This document shows, one piece after another, positions 39,822 through 48,853 of a DNA stretch of 54,928 bases. The DNA is from Clostridia bacterium (GTDB lineage Bacteria > Bacillota > Sulfobacillia > SLMV01). The notes under the pieces were generated by a model. It was not told the DNA's origin. It saw only the letters and a list, made by a program, of their open reading frames with translations, and did no database searches. A program made the translations under genes and the position numbers. Positions within the stretch are counted from its first letter, which is position 1, and every line of letters starts with the position of its first letter. The stretch covers positions 1-54,928 of the forward strand of contig PXCI01000070.1 of NCBI GenBank assembly GCA_003566675.1, written 5' to 3'.

Positions 39822-40763
39822 ATGAACTGGTCACAAGTGGCCGCTGAGATAAGTAAAATGACTAGTGGTTCGGTCAGGACCTGCGAGCCGCTAAAGGCTC
39901 ACACCACCATGCGAGTTGGGGGGGACGCCCGGATTTTTATCCGGCCCTCCGATCTCGAAGAGGTCACCCGGGTGGTGTCCTGGGCTCGAAGACGGGATCT
40001 GCCCATCTACATCCTCGGTGGTGGAAGCAATCTGCTGATCTCAGATGATGGGGTGCAGGGGATTGTGATCAAGACCACGTCGGGACTGGTCGGGTTGAAC
40101 GAACCCGTTGCCGAGACCGAGGGAATCAGGGTTGAGGCCGGTGCCGGGGTGATGCTCGGCAAGCTGCTCACGAGATCCGTCGAGTGGGAGCTGACGGGCC
40201 TGGAGCTCCTGGCCGGTATCCCGGGCACTGTGGGGGGCGCAGTCGTTATGAACGCCGGGGTCGGTGAACTCGAGATGGGCCATCGGGTGGTTGAGGTTCT
40301 GATTTGTGACGGAGACGGCATCGTCAAGAAGCTTGCTGCAGAGCAGTGTGAATTCGGTTACCGGGATTCCGTGTTTCAGCATCAGCTGAGCGATGCGGTG
40401 ATACTCAGGGCAGCGATATTGCTGCAGCGAGGTCAAAAAGAAGAGATCCAGGCTAGGATACGATCCCGCCTGCACGACAGAAGCGAGCGACAGCCCCGGG
40501 GAAATCCCAGTGCGGGAAGCGTCTTCCGCAATCCTCCGGGGGCATCAGCCGGCTATCTTATCGATGCGGCTGGCTGGAAGGGGCGACGGTCAGGGGGAGC
40601 GCAGGTGTCTCCCCGCCACGCGAATTTCATTATCAATCGCGGAGATGCGACCGCGGGAGATATAGCCCGGTTGATTGCGGGCATACGAGAGTCTGTTCAA
40701 GACCAGTTCGAGGTTCATCTAGAACTCGAACTCGAAACGTGGGGGGTGATTGAAGGTCTTTGA
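39822..40763 (+). CDS. murB: UDP-N-acetylenolpyruvoylglucosamine reductase MurB
   Basis: LKAHTTMRVGGDA, GGGSNLL and SAGSVFRNP motifs. Confidence 0.92.
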   Translation: MNWSQVAAEISKMTSGSVRTCEPLKAHTTMRVGGDARIFIRPSDLEEVTRVVSWARRRDLPIYILGGGSNLLISDDGVQGIVIKTTSGLVGLNEPVAETEGIRVEAGAGVMLGKLLTRSVEWELTGLELLAGIPGTVGGAVVMNAGVGELEMGHRVVEVLICDGDGIVKKLAAEQCEFGYRDSVFQHQLSDAVILRAAILLQRGQKEEIQARIRSRLHDRSERQPRGNPSAGSVFRNPPGASAGYLIDAAGWKGRRSGGAQVSPRHANFIINRGDATAGDIARLIAGIRESVQDQFEVHLELELETWGVIEGL

Positions 40764-40795
40764 GGTGGGTCACCTCCCCGCGGGGAGGTGCATCC

Positions 40796-42070
40796 ATGCC
40801 TCGGTTTATCGTGCAGGGGGGGAATCCCCTTCACGGCCGAATCAAGATCAACGGAGCCAAGAATGCGGTGCTGCCGATGATGGCCGCCGCAGTACTCACC
40901 GAAAGTGAATGCGTAATCAAGGACGTACCCGATATCCGCGATGTTCGAGTCATGGTCCGCATATTGCGAGACATTGGAGTCGAGGTTGAGTTAGAGGATG
41001 TCAATGGACAACGGCACCTATCGTTGAAGGCGGAGCAGATCCGGACCGACACCATACCCGCTGAGCTCATGCGGGAGATGCGTTCCTCCGTATTGCTGAT
41101 CGGGCCGATGCTAGCCCGGCTGGGATCAGCATGCATGACTCATCCCGGAGGATGCGCTATTGGCCTGAGGCCGATCGACATGCATCTGAACGGGTTTCGG
41201 AAGCTGAACGCCAGGATTGAAAGATATCGCGATGAGGTCAGGGTGCTCGCCAGCGAGGAGGGCCTGCTGGGTACGGATATCCATCTTGAGTATCCCAGCG
41301 TGGGTGCGACGGAGAACGCCATGATGGCGGCCACTCTGGCACAGGGAGTGACCCGCATCTGGAATCCAGCGCGGGAGCCGGAGATCGACAATCTGGCGGA
41401 GTTTTTGAGGTTGATGGGGAGCCGGATCTGGGGTACCGGAACCGATGTGATTACCGTTGAGGGCAGGGAGAAGCTCGGGGGCGCCGAATGCACGGTCATC
41501 CCTGACCGGATCGAGGCCGGGACCTTTGCCGTTGCTGCGGCGATCACCGGGGGAGAAGTGGAACTGGAAAATGTCTGTCCCTCTCACATGCGGGCATTCA
41601 TATCCAAGATGTGTGAGGTTGGAGTCCGAATCATTCGGCTCGAGGACGGCAGCCTTCGGGTGCAGAGCCCGAGTCGCCCGCGGGCAGCTGATCTGAGAAC
41701 CCTACCTTATCCCGGGTTTCCCACCGACCTGCAGAATCAGTACCTGGCAATGGCCTGCGCCGCTGACGGGACGAGCGTGATAACGGAGACCATTTTCGAA
41801 AACAGGTTCAAGGTGGCCGAGGAGTTCGTGCGCATGGGGGCGTTGATTCGAACCGAGGGTCGTCTGGCGGTGGTCAAGGGTGTGCCAACGCTGTCGGGAA
41901 CGCGGGTGAAGGCGAACGAGGATCTGCGAGGTGCTGCCTCGCTGATCCTGGCCGGACTCCGGGCGGAGGGAACCACCGAAGTACAGGGGGCGGACCCCGT
42001 TGATCGGGGCTACATGGATTTTGCCGGTCGTCTGCAGAAACTTGGAGCGTGTATCAGCCGGCAGGACTGA
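40796..42070 (+). CDS. murA: UDP-GlcNAc 1-carboxyvinyltransferase MurA
   Basis: FIVQGGNPLHGRIKINGAKNAVLP and the active-site region HPGGCAIGLRPID. ATG 40796 is preferred over the upstream in-frame start 40760. Confidence 0.93.
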   Translation: MPRFIVQGGNPLHGRIKINGAKNAVLPMMAAAVLTESECVIKDVPDIRDVRVMVRILRDIGVEVELEDVNGQRHLSLKAEQIRTDTIPAELMREMRSSVLLIGPMLARLGSACMTHPGGCAIGLRPIDMHLNGFRKLNARIERYRDEVRVLASEEGLLGTDIHLEYPSVGATENAMMAATLAQGVTRIWNPAREPEIDNLAEFLRLMGSRIWGTGTDVITVEGREKLGGAECTVIPDRIEAGTFAVAAAITGGEVELENVCPSHMRAFISKMCEVGVRIIRLEDGSLRVQSPSRPRAADLRTLPYPGFPTDLQNQYLAMACAADGTSVITETIFENRFKVAEEFVRMGALIRTEGRLAVVKGVPTLSGTRVKANEDLRGAASLILAGLRAEGTTEVQGADPVDRGYMDFAGRLQKLGACISRQD

Positions 42071-42108
42071 TCTTGGCGCTTGAGGTAGGGGCGGGGAGGG
42101 TTGTTCAT

Positions 42109-42804
42109 ATGTCACGGAGCGGTGCGGTACTTGCCATCGTATTCATCGGTGTTCTCGGGCTTTTCGGCTTCTTCCAGAGTTCGTACTTCCGGGTGAGCGA
42201 ACTGGAGGTCGAGGGAATCAAACTGCTCAATCCCGAGGAGATTCGGATGATGTTATTGGTGAGAGGGGATCAGCACATCTATTCCTTCAGCGTTGGTGAG
42301 TTGGAGGATCGGCTCAGGGTTGATCCCAGGATCGCCGAGGTGCACATAAGTCGGCAGATGCCAAACCGGCTCGTGGTCCGGGTGACAGAGAGGGAACCGG
42401 TGGCGACCATCATCCAGGGCGGCGTCTTTGCCGTTCTGGATGCTCAGGGCACGGTTCTTTCCGTGGAGGGACAATGGCCGGGGGTCGCGATTCCTGTCAT
42501 CTCCGGGGTTGTGGCGGATACTTTGACTCTGGGCGGGAGCCTGGGTTCCGCTGAAGTGGACGAGCTGTTGAAATGTGCCGAACTTTTGGGTGACCTGCGA
42601 TACAGGATTTCCGAGATTGTACGAGAAGAAGAACATATAGTACTTTACACAACCGAAGGGGTACAGGTGATGGTGCCGTTGGCAACAGATGGGATTCGCC
42701 ATGCCGCCTCGGTTCTGGTTAACATATTGGAGGAGGACATTGATTCCAGCTACACAGTTGATCTGCGAGTCCCGGACAGGCCCGTGATCCGTCCGTCGAA
42801 ATGA
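42109..42804 (+). CDS. ftsQ: cell division protein FtsQ/DivIB (POTRA domain)
   Basis: N-terminal TM helix, then [19 protein letters not shown] (POTRA start). Position directly upstream of ftsZ. Confidence 0.75.
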   Translation: MSRSGAVLAIVFIGVLGLFGFFQSSYFRVSELEVEGIKLLNPEEIRMMLLVRGDQHIYSFSVGELEDRLRVDPRIAEVHISRQMPNRLVVRVTEREPVATIIQGGVFAVLDAQGTVLSVEGQWPGVAIPVISGVVADTLTLGGSLGSAEVDELLKCAELLGDLRYRISEIVREEEHIVLYTTEGVQVMVPLATDGIRHAASVLVNILEEDIDSSYTVDLRVPDRPVIRPSK

Positions 42805-42878
42805 GTCTCGGTTTTGAGCGGGACTGGATTGTTTCACGCCTGGCCGGTACACGATTTGAGCAAAAAGGGGGCAACGAG

Positions 42879-43946
42879 GTGCTTGAACTAGATATTGATA
42901 ATCCGGATTTTGCCACAATTAAGGTCCTCGGTGTGGGCGGTGGGGGCAACAACGCCGTCAACCGCATGATTGAGGCCAATGTGCGGGGCGTGGAGTTCAT
43001 CGCAGTCAATACCGATGCCCAGGCCCTGTCTGTAAACAAAGCTGATCACAAACTGCAGATGGGTAGGAATATGACCCGGGGACTCGGGGCAGGTGCAGAC
43101 CCCGCCCTCGGGCTCAAGGCGGCCGAGGAGAGCAGGGATGACCTGGAGGAACTGCTCGAGGGGGCGGACATGGTCTTTATCACCGCCGGCATGGGCGGGG
43201 GGACGGGAACGGGGGCTTCCCCGATCATCGCGGAGGTGGCCCGGTCCATCGGAGCACTGACCGTGGGAGTGGTCACAAAGCCCTTCACCTTCGAAGGTGC
43301 CCGGAGGATGCGCCAGGCGGAGGAGGGGATCGAGGTCCTGAAGGAATCGATCGACACCCTTATCACGATTCCCAACGACCGTCTTCTCAAGGTGGTTGAG
43401 AAGAAGACGTCCATCGTCGATGCCTTTAGCATCGCCGACGATGTGCTCCGTCAGGGCGTTCAGGGGATTTCCGACCTCATCGCGGTGCCCGGGCTGATCA
43501 ATCTGGACTTTGCTGATGTTCGGGCCATCATGATGGGAACCGGCACGGCCCTGATGGGTATCGGTACGGCCTCTGGTGACAGCAGGGCAGCCGAGGCCGC
43601 TCGTAATGCGATTTCCAGTCCTCTGCTCGAGGCTTCCATCGACGGGGCCAAGGGAGTGCTCCTCAACATCACCGGAGATTCCTCCCTCGGTTTGCTGGAG
43701 GTCAATGAGGCGGCCGAACTGATCCGTGAGGTGGCTGAGAAGGATGCCCACATCATCTTTGGTGCTGCGATCAACGAAGCTTTCGAGGATGAGTTGCGCG
43801 TGACGGTCATTGCCACGGGATTTGGTGTCAGGAAACGGTCCGCCGACGGCGGATTTGATGAGTTGACCATGAAACCCTTCACGGCGGGTGATGATGAATT
43901 GGACATCCCGGCTTTTCTGCGCCGCCGCAGTATACGCGATCTTTGA
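42879..43946 (+). CDS. ftsZ: cell division GTPase FtsZ
   Basis: [17 protein letters not shown] and the tubulin signature GGGTGTG. GTG 42879 gives the usual N-terminus (V/M)[15 protein letters not shown] and has an AAGGGGG SD. Confidence 0.97.
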   Translation: MLELDIDNPDFATIKVLGVGGGGNNAVNRMIEANVRGVEFIAVNTDAQALSVNKADHKLQMGRNMTRGLGAGADPALGLKAAEESRDDLEELLEGADMVFITAGMGGGTGTGASPIIAEVARSIGALTVGVVTKPFTFEGARRMRQAEEGIEVLKESIDTLITIPNDRLLKVVEKKTSIVDAFSIADDVLRQGVQGISDLIAVPGLINLDFADVRAIMMGTGTALMGIGTASGDSRAAEAARNAISSPLLEASIDGAKGVLLNITGDSSLGLLEVNEAAELIREVAEKDAHIIFGAAINEAFEDELRVTVIATGFGVRKRSADGGFDELTMKPFTAGDDELDIPAFLRRRSIRDL

Positions 43947-44329
43947 TCTGCCCGGGACCTAGGGGGGCGATGGGTGCCTGGGACTCTGCGGCGGCTCCAT
44001 CGAGAGATGACTGACATCAGGCGACTTCTTTCGCCTTGTGCATCGTAACATCGGGCTGAGAATCCGTCGTCAGCCCGGAAGAAAATCTTCCCCGCCGGGA
44101 GACGGTTGGCTTCTGCCCGCATGTGCGGGATGTCTTTTGGATGCAGCGGTTCCAGGTCGCCGCGCAAGGACAGATGCTTTGCTGTGATGCGTGTCTGGTG
44201 TCCCGCGTGATTGGGAATTACTGCCCTGCTACGATGATGCTGGTTTGTCTGGTTGTTTCCTCGAGGTTCTTTGCAATCTCCTAGCCCTGGCCTTTGCCCA
44301 TCAGTAAGGCTGGACCACCTGAGCTTTTC

Positions 44330-44702
44330 TCAGGGTCCACGCAACATGTAGCCTGCACCCAGGCTCTGGAGGTAGATGTAGCTGTACCACATCAACTGAT
44401 GACCCGGATGTGGTCATGTTTCCTGTTCAGGTAGCCTCGCATTTTGGCTATCAGGTAAGCCGCCTCCTGCAGGTTCTTGGGCGGTTTCAACTCTCTGTCT
44501 TGGCATGAGCCTGCATAACCTCGAGTTCAGTATCAGCGGATATCTCCGGGATTTCGCGGCCCGAGGGTGTCATTACCATGATGCGCCAGGCGATCACCGC
44601 GTTGATGCCGATGGCCCCTTCTCGAGTGCGCTGCGCCCTGCGCAGGGCGCGGGCTCTGCGAGAGCGGACTGCCAGGCCACGCTCATGTCCCCGCCCTGGA
44701 GA
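44330..44702 (-). pseudogene. C-terminal remnant of an IS4/Tn5-like transposase with at least two frame changes
   Basis: Minus-strand translation in three successive frames gives ...GINAVIAWRIMVMTPSGREIPEISADTELEVMQAHAKTES / LKPPKNLQEAAYLIAKMRGYLNRKHD / HPGHQLMWYSYIYLQSLGAGYML*. This matches the conserved C-terminal layout of IS4-family transposases (AWR...GRE.PELP ... LGG.L.RK.DG.PG...W.G...L). No N-terminal or DDE part is present. Confidence 0.6.
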
Positions 44703-44849
44703 TCAGGAGAGGGTACCGAAGTCCTGAGTTTTTCGTTTCCCCGCGGGATCACGTTAGAATCGCAAATGAGAGGGATTTGTGAAGGAGGACACGTAATGGG
44801 CGGCCCCTGATCTTCCTCAGGGTTGACACTGACTGGCAGGGTATAATTG

Positions 44850-44878
44850 TTAGCAGCCCATCGATCGCGTATTATAAT
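44850..44878 (+). promoter_or_regulatory. candidate sigma-A type promoter TTAGCA - 17 nt - TATAAT upstream of hepT
   Basis: TTAGCA at 44850-44855 and TATAAT at 44873-44878, about 105 nt upstream of the hepT ATG, which has a GGGAGGAG SD. Confidence 0.4.
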
Positions 44879-44984
44879 GACAGGTATACGGGCAATATGC
44901 TGTTTAAGCAGGGGATTCCTCTGCTCGATGGATTTCGTCGCGGCAACTATTTGTCCGCCACACTCAAGGGAGGAGAGCCAGCCG

Positions 44985-45487
44985 ATGAACTGGTCAGAGT
45001 TGAACTGGTCACGGATTGGAGAAAAGGTATCTGATGTCAGGGGTGCTCTGGGTGTTCTAGAGCAGTATGCAGAAAGGTAGATCAGGATTTTCTCAATGAT
45101 GCGGAAAGTATTCGCGCAGCGAGATACACATTCATCGTTCTCGTGGAGGCTACCACTAACATAGCGGGACACATATGTGCCCGGGGACTGAATGATAGCC
45201 CAGCCAGCTATGCCGATGCCTTTTTGACTTTGGCGCGTGGCGGGGTGTTGGACGAAGAGTTGGCCCTTCGGTTGGCCAAGATGGCCGGGTTTCGCAATTT
45301 GCTGGTGCATGGTTATGCTGCCGTTGAGGATCATCGCATGTTAGAAATGATGAGAAATGATCTTCGGGATGTGATCCAGTTCCTTGAGTGCGTCCAGAGA
45401 CTCTGGTGCGGAGGGAGGGGTGTCATTGCCGGATCAACCTGGGCGTATTGGATGGGCAAAGCAAGACATGAGCTTGGAGAAACGTGA
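44985..45487 (+). pseudogene. hepT: HepT (DUF86) ribonuclease toxin gene, reading frame broken after about 31 codons
   Basis: ATG 44985 gives MNWSELNWSRIGEKVSDVRGALGVLEQYAER, then TAG at 45078-45080. The sequence continues in another frame as ..KVDQDFLNDAESIRAARYTFIVLVEATTNIAGHI...AKMAGFRNLLVHGY..., which carries the Rx4HxY catalytic motif of HepT. The frame change maps to the run GAAAGG at about 45071-45076. Confidence 0.7.
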
Positions 45488-45875
45488 GCGGGTTCTCGAA
45501 GAGGCGGCGGATTATCTCCGCGGGATGTCTGAAGTTAGTTTTGCCTATGCACACGGCTCCTTTTTGCAACCCTCACTCTCCTTTGGTGATATCGACATTG
45601 CCGTCTATTTTTTCGAGGACGTGCCTCCCGAAAGAAGGCTCGATCTGTCGCTCGACATCGGGGTTAGATTGAGCCATCAGCTGGGGGTGCCCGTTGATGC
45701 CCATCCCCTCAATGGTGCGTCTCTGGGGTTCATTTTTTCAGCCACCCAGGGGCGGGTTCTGTGTTCACACAATGATGATGAGCGGTTCGATTTCGTCGAG
45801 AGAAAGCGCCTAGAATACTTCGAGTTTTCCATTCTTCAGCGGCAGATTATCACCGATCTATTGGCAGGCAGATAG
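45468..45875 (+). CDS. mntA: MNT-type minimal nucleotidyltransferase (antitoxin partner of HepT)
   Basis: AHGSFLQPSLSFGDIDIAVYF is the GS-x(n)-DxD nucleotidyltransferase motif. ATG 45468 overlaps the hepT end by 20 nt. Confidence 0.8.
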   Translation: MSLEKRERVLEEAADYLRGMSEVSFAYAHGSFLQPSLSFGDIDIAVYFFEDVPPERRLDLSLDIGVRLSHQLGVPVDAHPLNGASLGFIFSATQGRVLCSHNDDERFDFVERKRLEYFEFSILQRQIITDLLAGR

Positions 45876-46395
45876 ATCTGTCGCCATCCTTTGTAGGCTC
45901 GGTCTTCCTCTATCAGCAACCCCTTCTCTGGCCACCCGTAGACCGTGTTGCCCTGCAACGCTCACGGGCGGATCAGGAAACGACTCAAACTCATGATCCG
46001 ATCCAACTGAGTACGGAGGATTCTTACATCCCAGCCATCCAACGGTCTCGATCCCGAATCTGCAGTGCAGCGGAAGCAAGACCCATTCCACATGGTGCTG
46101 GCGGGGCCAGATATCCCTTCGCCTCCGGGGTGGCCAACATCTTCACACCCACTGCGTTGCTCGCGCATCCCGAAACCCGAACTCGCCACACAATCGATCC
46201 GCCAGCTCTATTCGATGCATGGCTGGATTGCTGTCACTGAGCTGACGATCTGCCGTCGTGCCATCATCATATTGACACTGTATTTGATTCAGTGCCCTTT
46301 GTTCAGCCCTACTTATGGGTGTAAGGCAGTCTTAGCCGGGTCTGGTACGCGATTCATTGCATCTCTTTGCTTTTTCGATGAGATTAAGCTTTTGC

Positions 46396-46441
46396 TGTCG
46401 ACATGCTTCTCCACGAATTTGTGCCCAGGTGGTCATATAAT
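46396..46441 (+). promoter_or_regulatory. candidate spoIIG-type promoter: Spo0A-box-like TGTCGAC plus a TATAAT -10
   Basis: TGTCGAC at 46396-46402 matches the 0A box TGTCGAA at 6 of 7 positions. It lies 34-40 bp upstream of TATAAT (46436-46441). There is no good -35 hexamer at 17 bp, as expected for an activator-dependent promoter. It lies about 90 nt upstream of the spoIIGA GTG. Confidence 0.35.
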
Positions 46442-46531
46442 AGAGTCGTTGGGACTATCTATTAAGTATGTCCTTTCCATTGTTGCCCGTGCAGGCGCGT
46501 CTGTGTTCATGTCCAACCCGGGAGGGCTATT

Positions 46532-47395
46532 GTGGGGGAGATCTTTCTTGATGTTTACATGATAGTCAACTTTACCCTGAACTATGCCCTTTTGTATGCG
46601 ACGGCCGTCGCAGCCGGCCGTCGCACCACCGCTGCCAGGCTTGCCGCAGCCTCAGCCCTAGGGAGCATCTACGCCCTCGGGTATCTGTATCCGCGGCTGA
46701 CGTATCTGTATGGGTATGTGGGAATCCTGTCAGCAGCGGCCGTGATGGTGATCCTCGCCTTCCATCCCCTGCGGGGGGGGCGCGATGCGGTCTTGCTGAT
46801 TCCCTTTCTGGGGCTGGCCATCTCGGGAGGGGGTATGGGCCTGCTGTTGATGACCGGGGCGGATGGCCGGGGGACAGCCGGGTCCGTATCTGTGGTGCAG
46901 CTGGGAGGCATCGCGGTCTTCATCCTAGTCTCGGGCTATGCGATCTACCGCACGCGAACTTTCAACAACCTGTCGTCTGATCTTGTGACGGAGGTCACGG
47001 TGCAGATTGATGGCTGTTCGGTCACGTGTCGTGGACTGGTTGATACGGGCAACCGGGTGGTGGACCCGGTCAGCGGGGATCCGGTGATCATCATCGAGTA
47101 TCCGGTGATTCGGGAGGTCCTTCCCCTCAGCTGGCAGAAGATGGCTGCGAGCCTGGAAGGGGCGATTCCTGGGAACGGACCGATTGCGTCCGGTGGATGG
47201 GACAGGAGGCTGCGCGTGTTGCCTTTCAGGGCTCTGCAGGGTTCCGGGGGCATCATGCTGGGCATGAAGCCTGATGCGGTGGTGATCCACGGGACGGCAG
47301 AGGTCAGAGTGACGAACGTTGTGGTAGGCGTCACTCGCGAGGTGTTGAGCAGCAGTGGGGAATATCGGGCTCTCATACCTGCGTGTTTCAATTGA
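46532..47395 (+). CDS. spoIIGA: sporulation sigma-E factor processing peptidase SpoIIGA
   Basis: N-terminal polytopic membrane part ([19 protein letters not shown]) and a C-terminal aspartic protease motif [23 protein letters not shown]. Confidence 0.9.
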   Translation: MGEIFLDVYMIVNFTLNYALLYATAVAAGRRTTAARLAAASALGSIYALGYLYPRLTYLYGYVGILSAAAVMVILAFHPLRGGRDAVLLIPFLGLAISGGGMGLLLMTGADGRGTAGSVSVVQLGGIAVFILVSGYAIYRTRTFNNLSSDLVTEVTVQIDGCSVTCRGLVDTGNRVVDPVSGDPVIIIEYPVIREVLPLSWQKMAASLEGAIPGNGPIASGGWDRRLRVLPFRALQGSGGIMLGMKPDAVVIHGTAEVRVTNVVVGVTREVLSSSGEYRALIPACFN

Positions 47396-47405
47396 TCTGG
47401 GGGAG

Positions 47406-48137
47406 ATGATTTCATTGACGGAATGGATCAGGCAGCTCTGGAGGCGATTGTCAGGCGGGATCTTCGCGGTGGTGCATTCGGTTGCAAGGGAGATTCACTA
47501 CCTCACAGGAGGAAGCACCCTTCCACCTCCACTCACCAAGGGGGAGGAAGAAGCTCTCATTGAGGATCTGCGGGAGGGCGACGAGGGAGTGCGGCAGACC
47601 CTCATTGAACGAAACATGAGACTGGTCGTGTATATTGCGCGCAAATTCGACAATTCGGGGGTGAATGTGGAAGATCTGGTCAGCATAGGTAGTATTGGCC
47701 TCATAAAGGCAGTCAACACCTTTGATCCTGAGCGCGGGATCAAGCTGGCGACATATGCATCAAAGTGCATTCAGAATGAAATCCTCATGTTCCTGCGCCG
47801 AAACAGCAAACTCCGGACTGAGATTTCCCTGGATGAGCCTCTGAATGTGGATTGGGACGGCAATGAGCTGCTATTATCCGATGTCCTTGGCACCGATTCC
47901 GACACGATCTATCGTGAGATCGAAAACAGGGTGGATCGCTTTCTGTTGCGCGATGCACTATCGCATCTTGCCCACAGGGAGCGACGCATCGTCCAACTTC
48001 GCTTTGGCCTGAAGGATGGCGTGGAACGGACGCAGAAACAGGTCGCCGATTCCCTGGGAATATCGCAATCATACATCTCGCGTCTGGAGAAGCGGATCAT
48101 ACGGCGTCTCAGGGAAGACATCGTGAACGTTCAGTAA
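47406..48137 (+). CDS. sigE: RNA polymerase sporulation sigma factor SigE (pro-sigma-E)
   Basis: Pro-sequence [15 protein letters not shown]..., then [33 protein letters not shown] and [15 protein letters not shown]. This is near-collinear with B. subtilis SigE as I recall it. The start could also be GTG 47355. Confidence 0.95.
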   Translation: MISLTEWIRQLWRRLSGGIFAVVHSVAREIHYLTGGSTLPPPLTKGEEEALIEDLREGDEGVRQTLIERNMRLVVYIARKFDNSGVNVEDLVSIGSIGLIKAVNTFDPERGIKLATYASKCIQNEILMFLRRNSKLRTEISLDEPLNVDWDGNELLLSDVLGTDSDTIYREIENRVDRFLLRDALSHLAHRERRIVQLRFGLKDGVERTQKQVADSLGISQSYISRLEKRIIRRLREDIVNVQ

Positions 48138-48154
48138 AAACATTTGACGCTATT

Positions 48155-48195
48155 GGCAGGCGGTCGTGATACCGGCCGCCTGTCTGCGTTTGCCT
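48155..48195 (+). terminator. hairpin after sigE (possible terminator, weak T tract)
   Basis: GGCAGGCGGTCG / CGGCCGCCTGTC forms a 12-bp stem (2 G-U pairs) with a 6-nt loop, followed by TGCGTTTGCC. Confidence 0.45.
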
Positions 48196-48464
48196 GCATG
48201 GGCGAATTTGAGGGGGTGCAAGTCCTCGAGGGTGTGACCAGACGAGGCAGGCAGGTTAAGCCAGAATCTCTGCAGACAGGCTGGTTGTGGAGGGGGGGCA
48301 CTGACGATGTCACCTCAAAAATGACGGCGATCTGCCGGGCCTGTGGCCTCGAACGGGAGGAGACCTGGGGGTCGAATTCGTACCTGCGGACAGCATGAAC
48401 ATCGGGTACCTGGCCGACGCGGATGCCGACTTCAGATGGGACTGTGGCGTGATCACAAGGATGC

Positions 48465-48498
48465 ATGAGTGAGATGGATAATCTTCCATTTCACTCAT
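48465..48498. repeat. 14-bp inverted repeat
   Basis: ATGAGTGAGATGGA - TAATCT - TCCATTTCACTCAT, with a single G-T mismatch position. Confidence 0.75.
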
Positions 48499-48853
48499 CC
48501 AACACCGATGACAGGGGGAATCCATGAGGTGGTGGCGAATAGTAAAACAAGTATCGTCGGATGACCTTTCGAAGGATAGAGACTCATGGTACTGCGAGGA
48601 TTGTGCTCGAGCTCGAACGTGCCATACGCGCGGGCCAGGCCTACTGATCCTTGCTCTGGCAGGTCATGCGTCGCATGCACCGCGTTTCCGTGGACAGAAG
48701 GGGCGTGGAGGGAGAGCGTGGAAACGGGTATCGATAGAAACACACGTTGTGCCATATTGAGGGCTTTCATAACCTGTCAGACAGGGCGTGATCCTGGAAA
48801 TTTTGACTTTGCCAGGTGATGGCCGTTTTTGTGTCTGAAGAGGAGGGATTGTT

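Noticed and set aside
44141-44284. A 47-aa Cys-rich/hydrophobic ORF (MQRFQVAAQGQMLCCDACLV...) in the unassigned DNA after ftsZ.
   Set aside because: It has no SD and no recognisable family, and it lies in a region that looks like decayed sequence.
44823-44847. A perfect TTGACA and a perfect TATAAT close together.
   Set aside because: The spacer is only 13 nt, too short for a functional sigma-A promoter. The adjacent TTAGCA-17-TATAAT arrangement is reported instead.
46332-46436. A minus-strand 34-aa ORF, MTTWAQIRGEACRQQKLNLIEKAKRCNESRTRPG.
   Set aside because: Its start codon overlaps the putative spoIIGA -10 box. It has no SD and is followed by further broken frames, so it is more likely a fragment or chance ORF.
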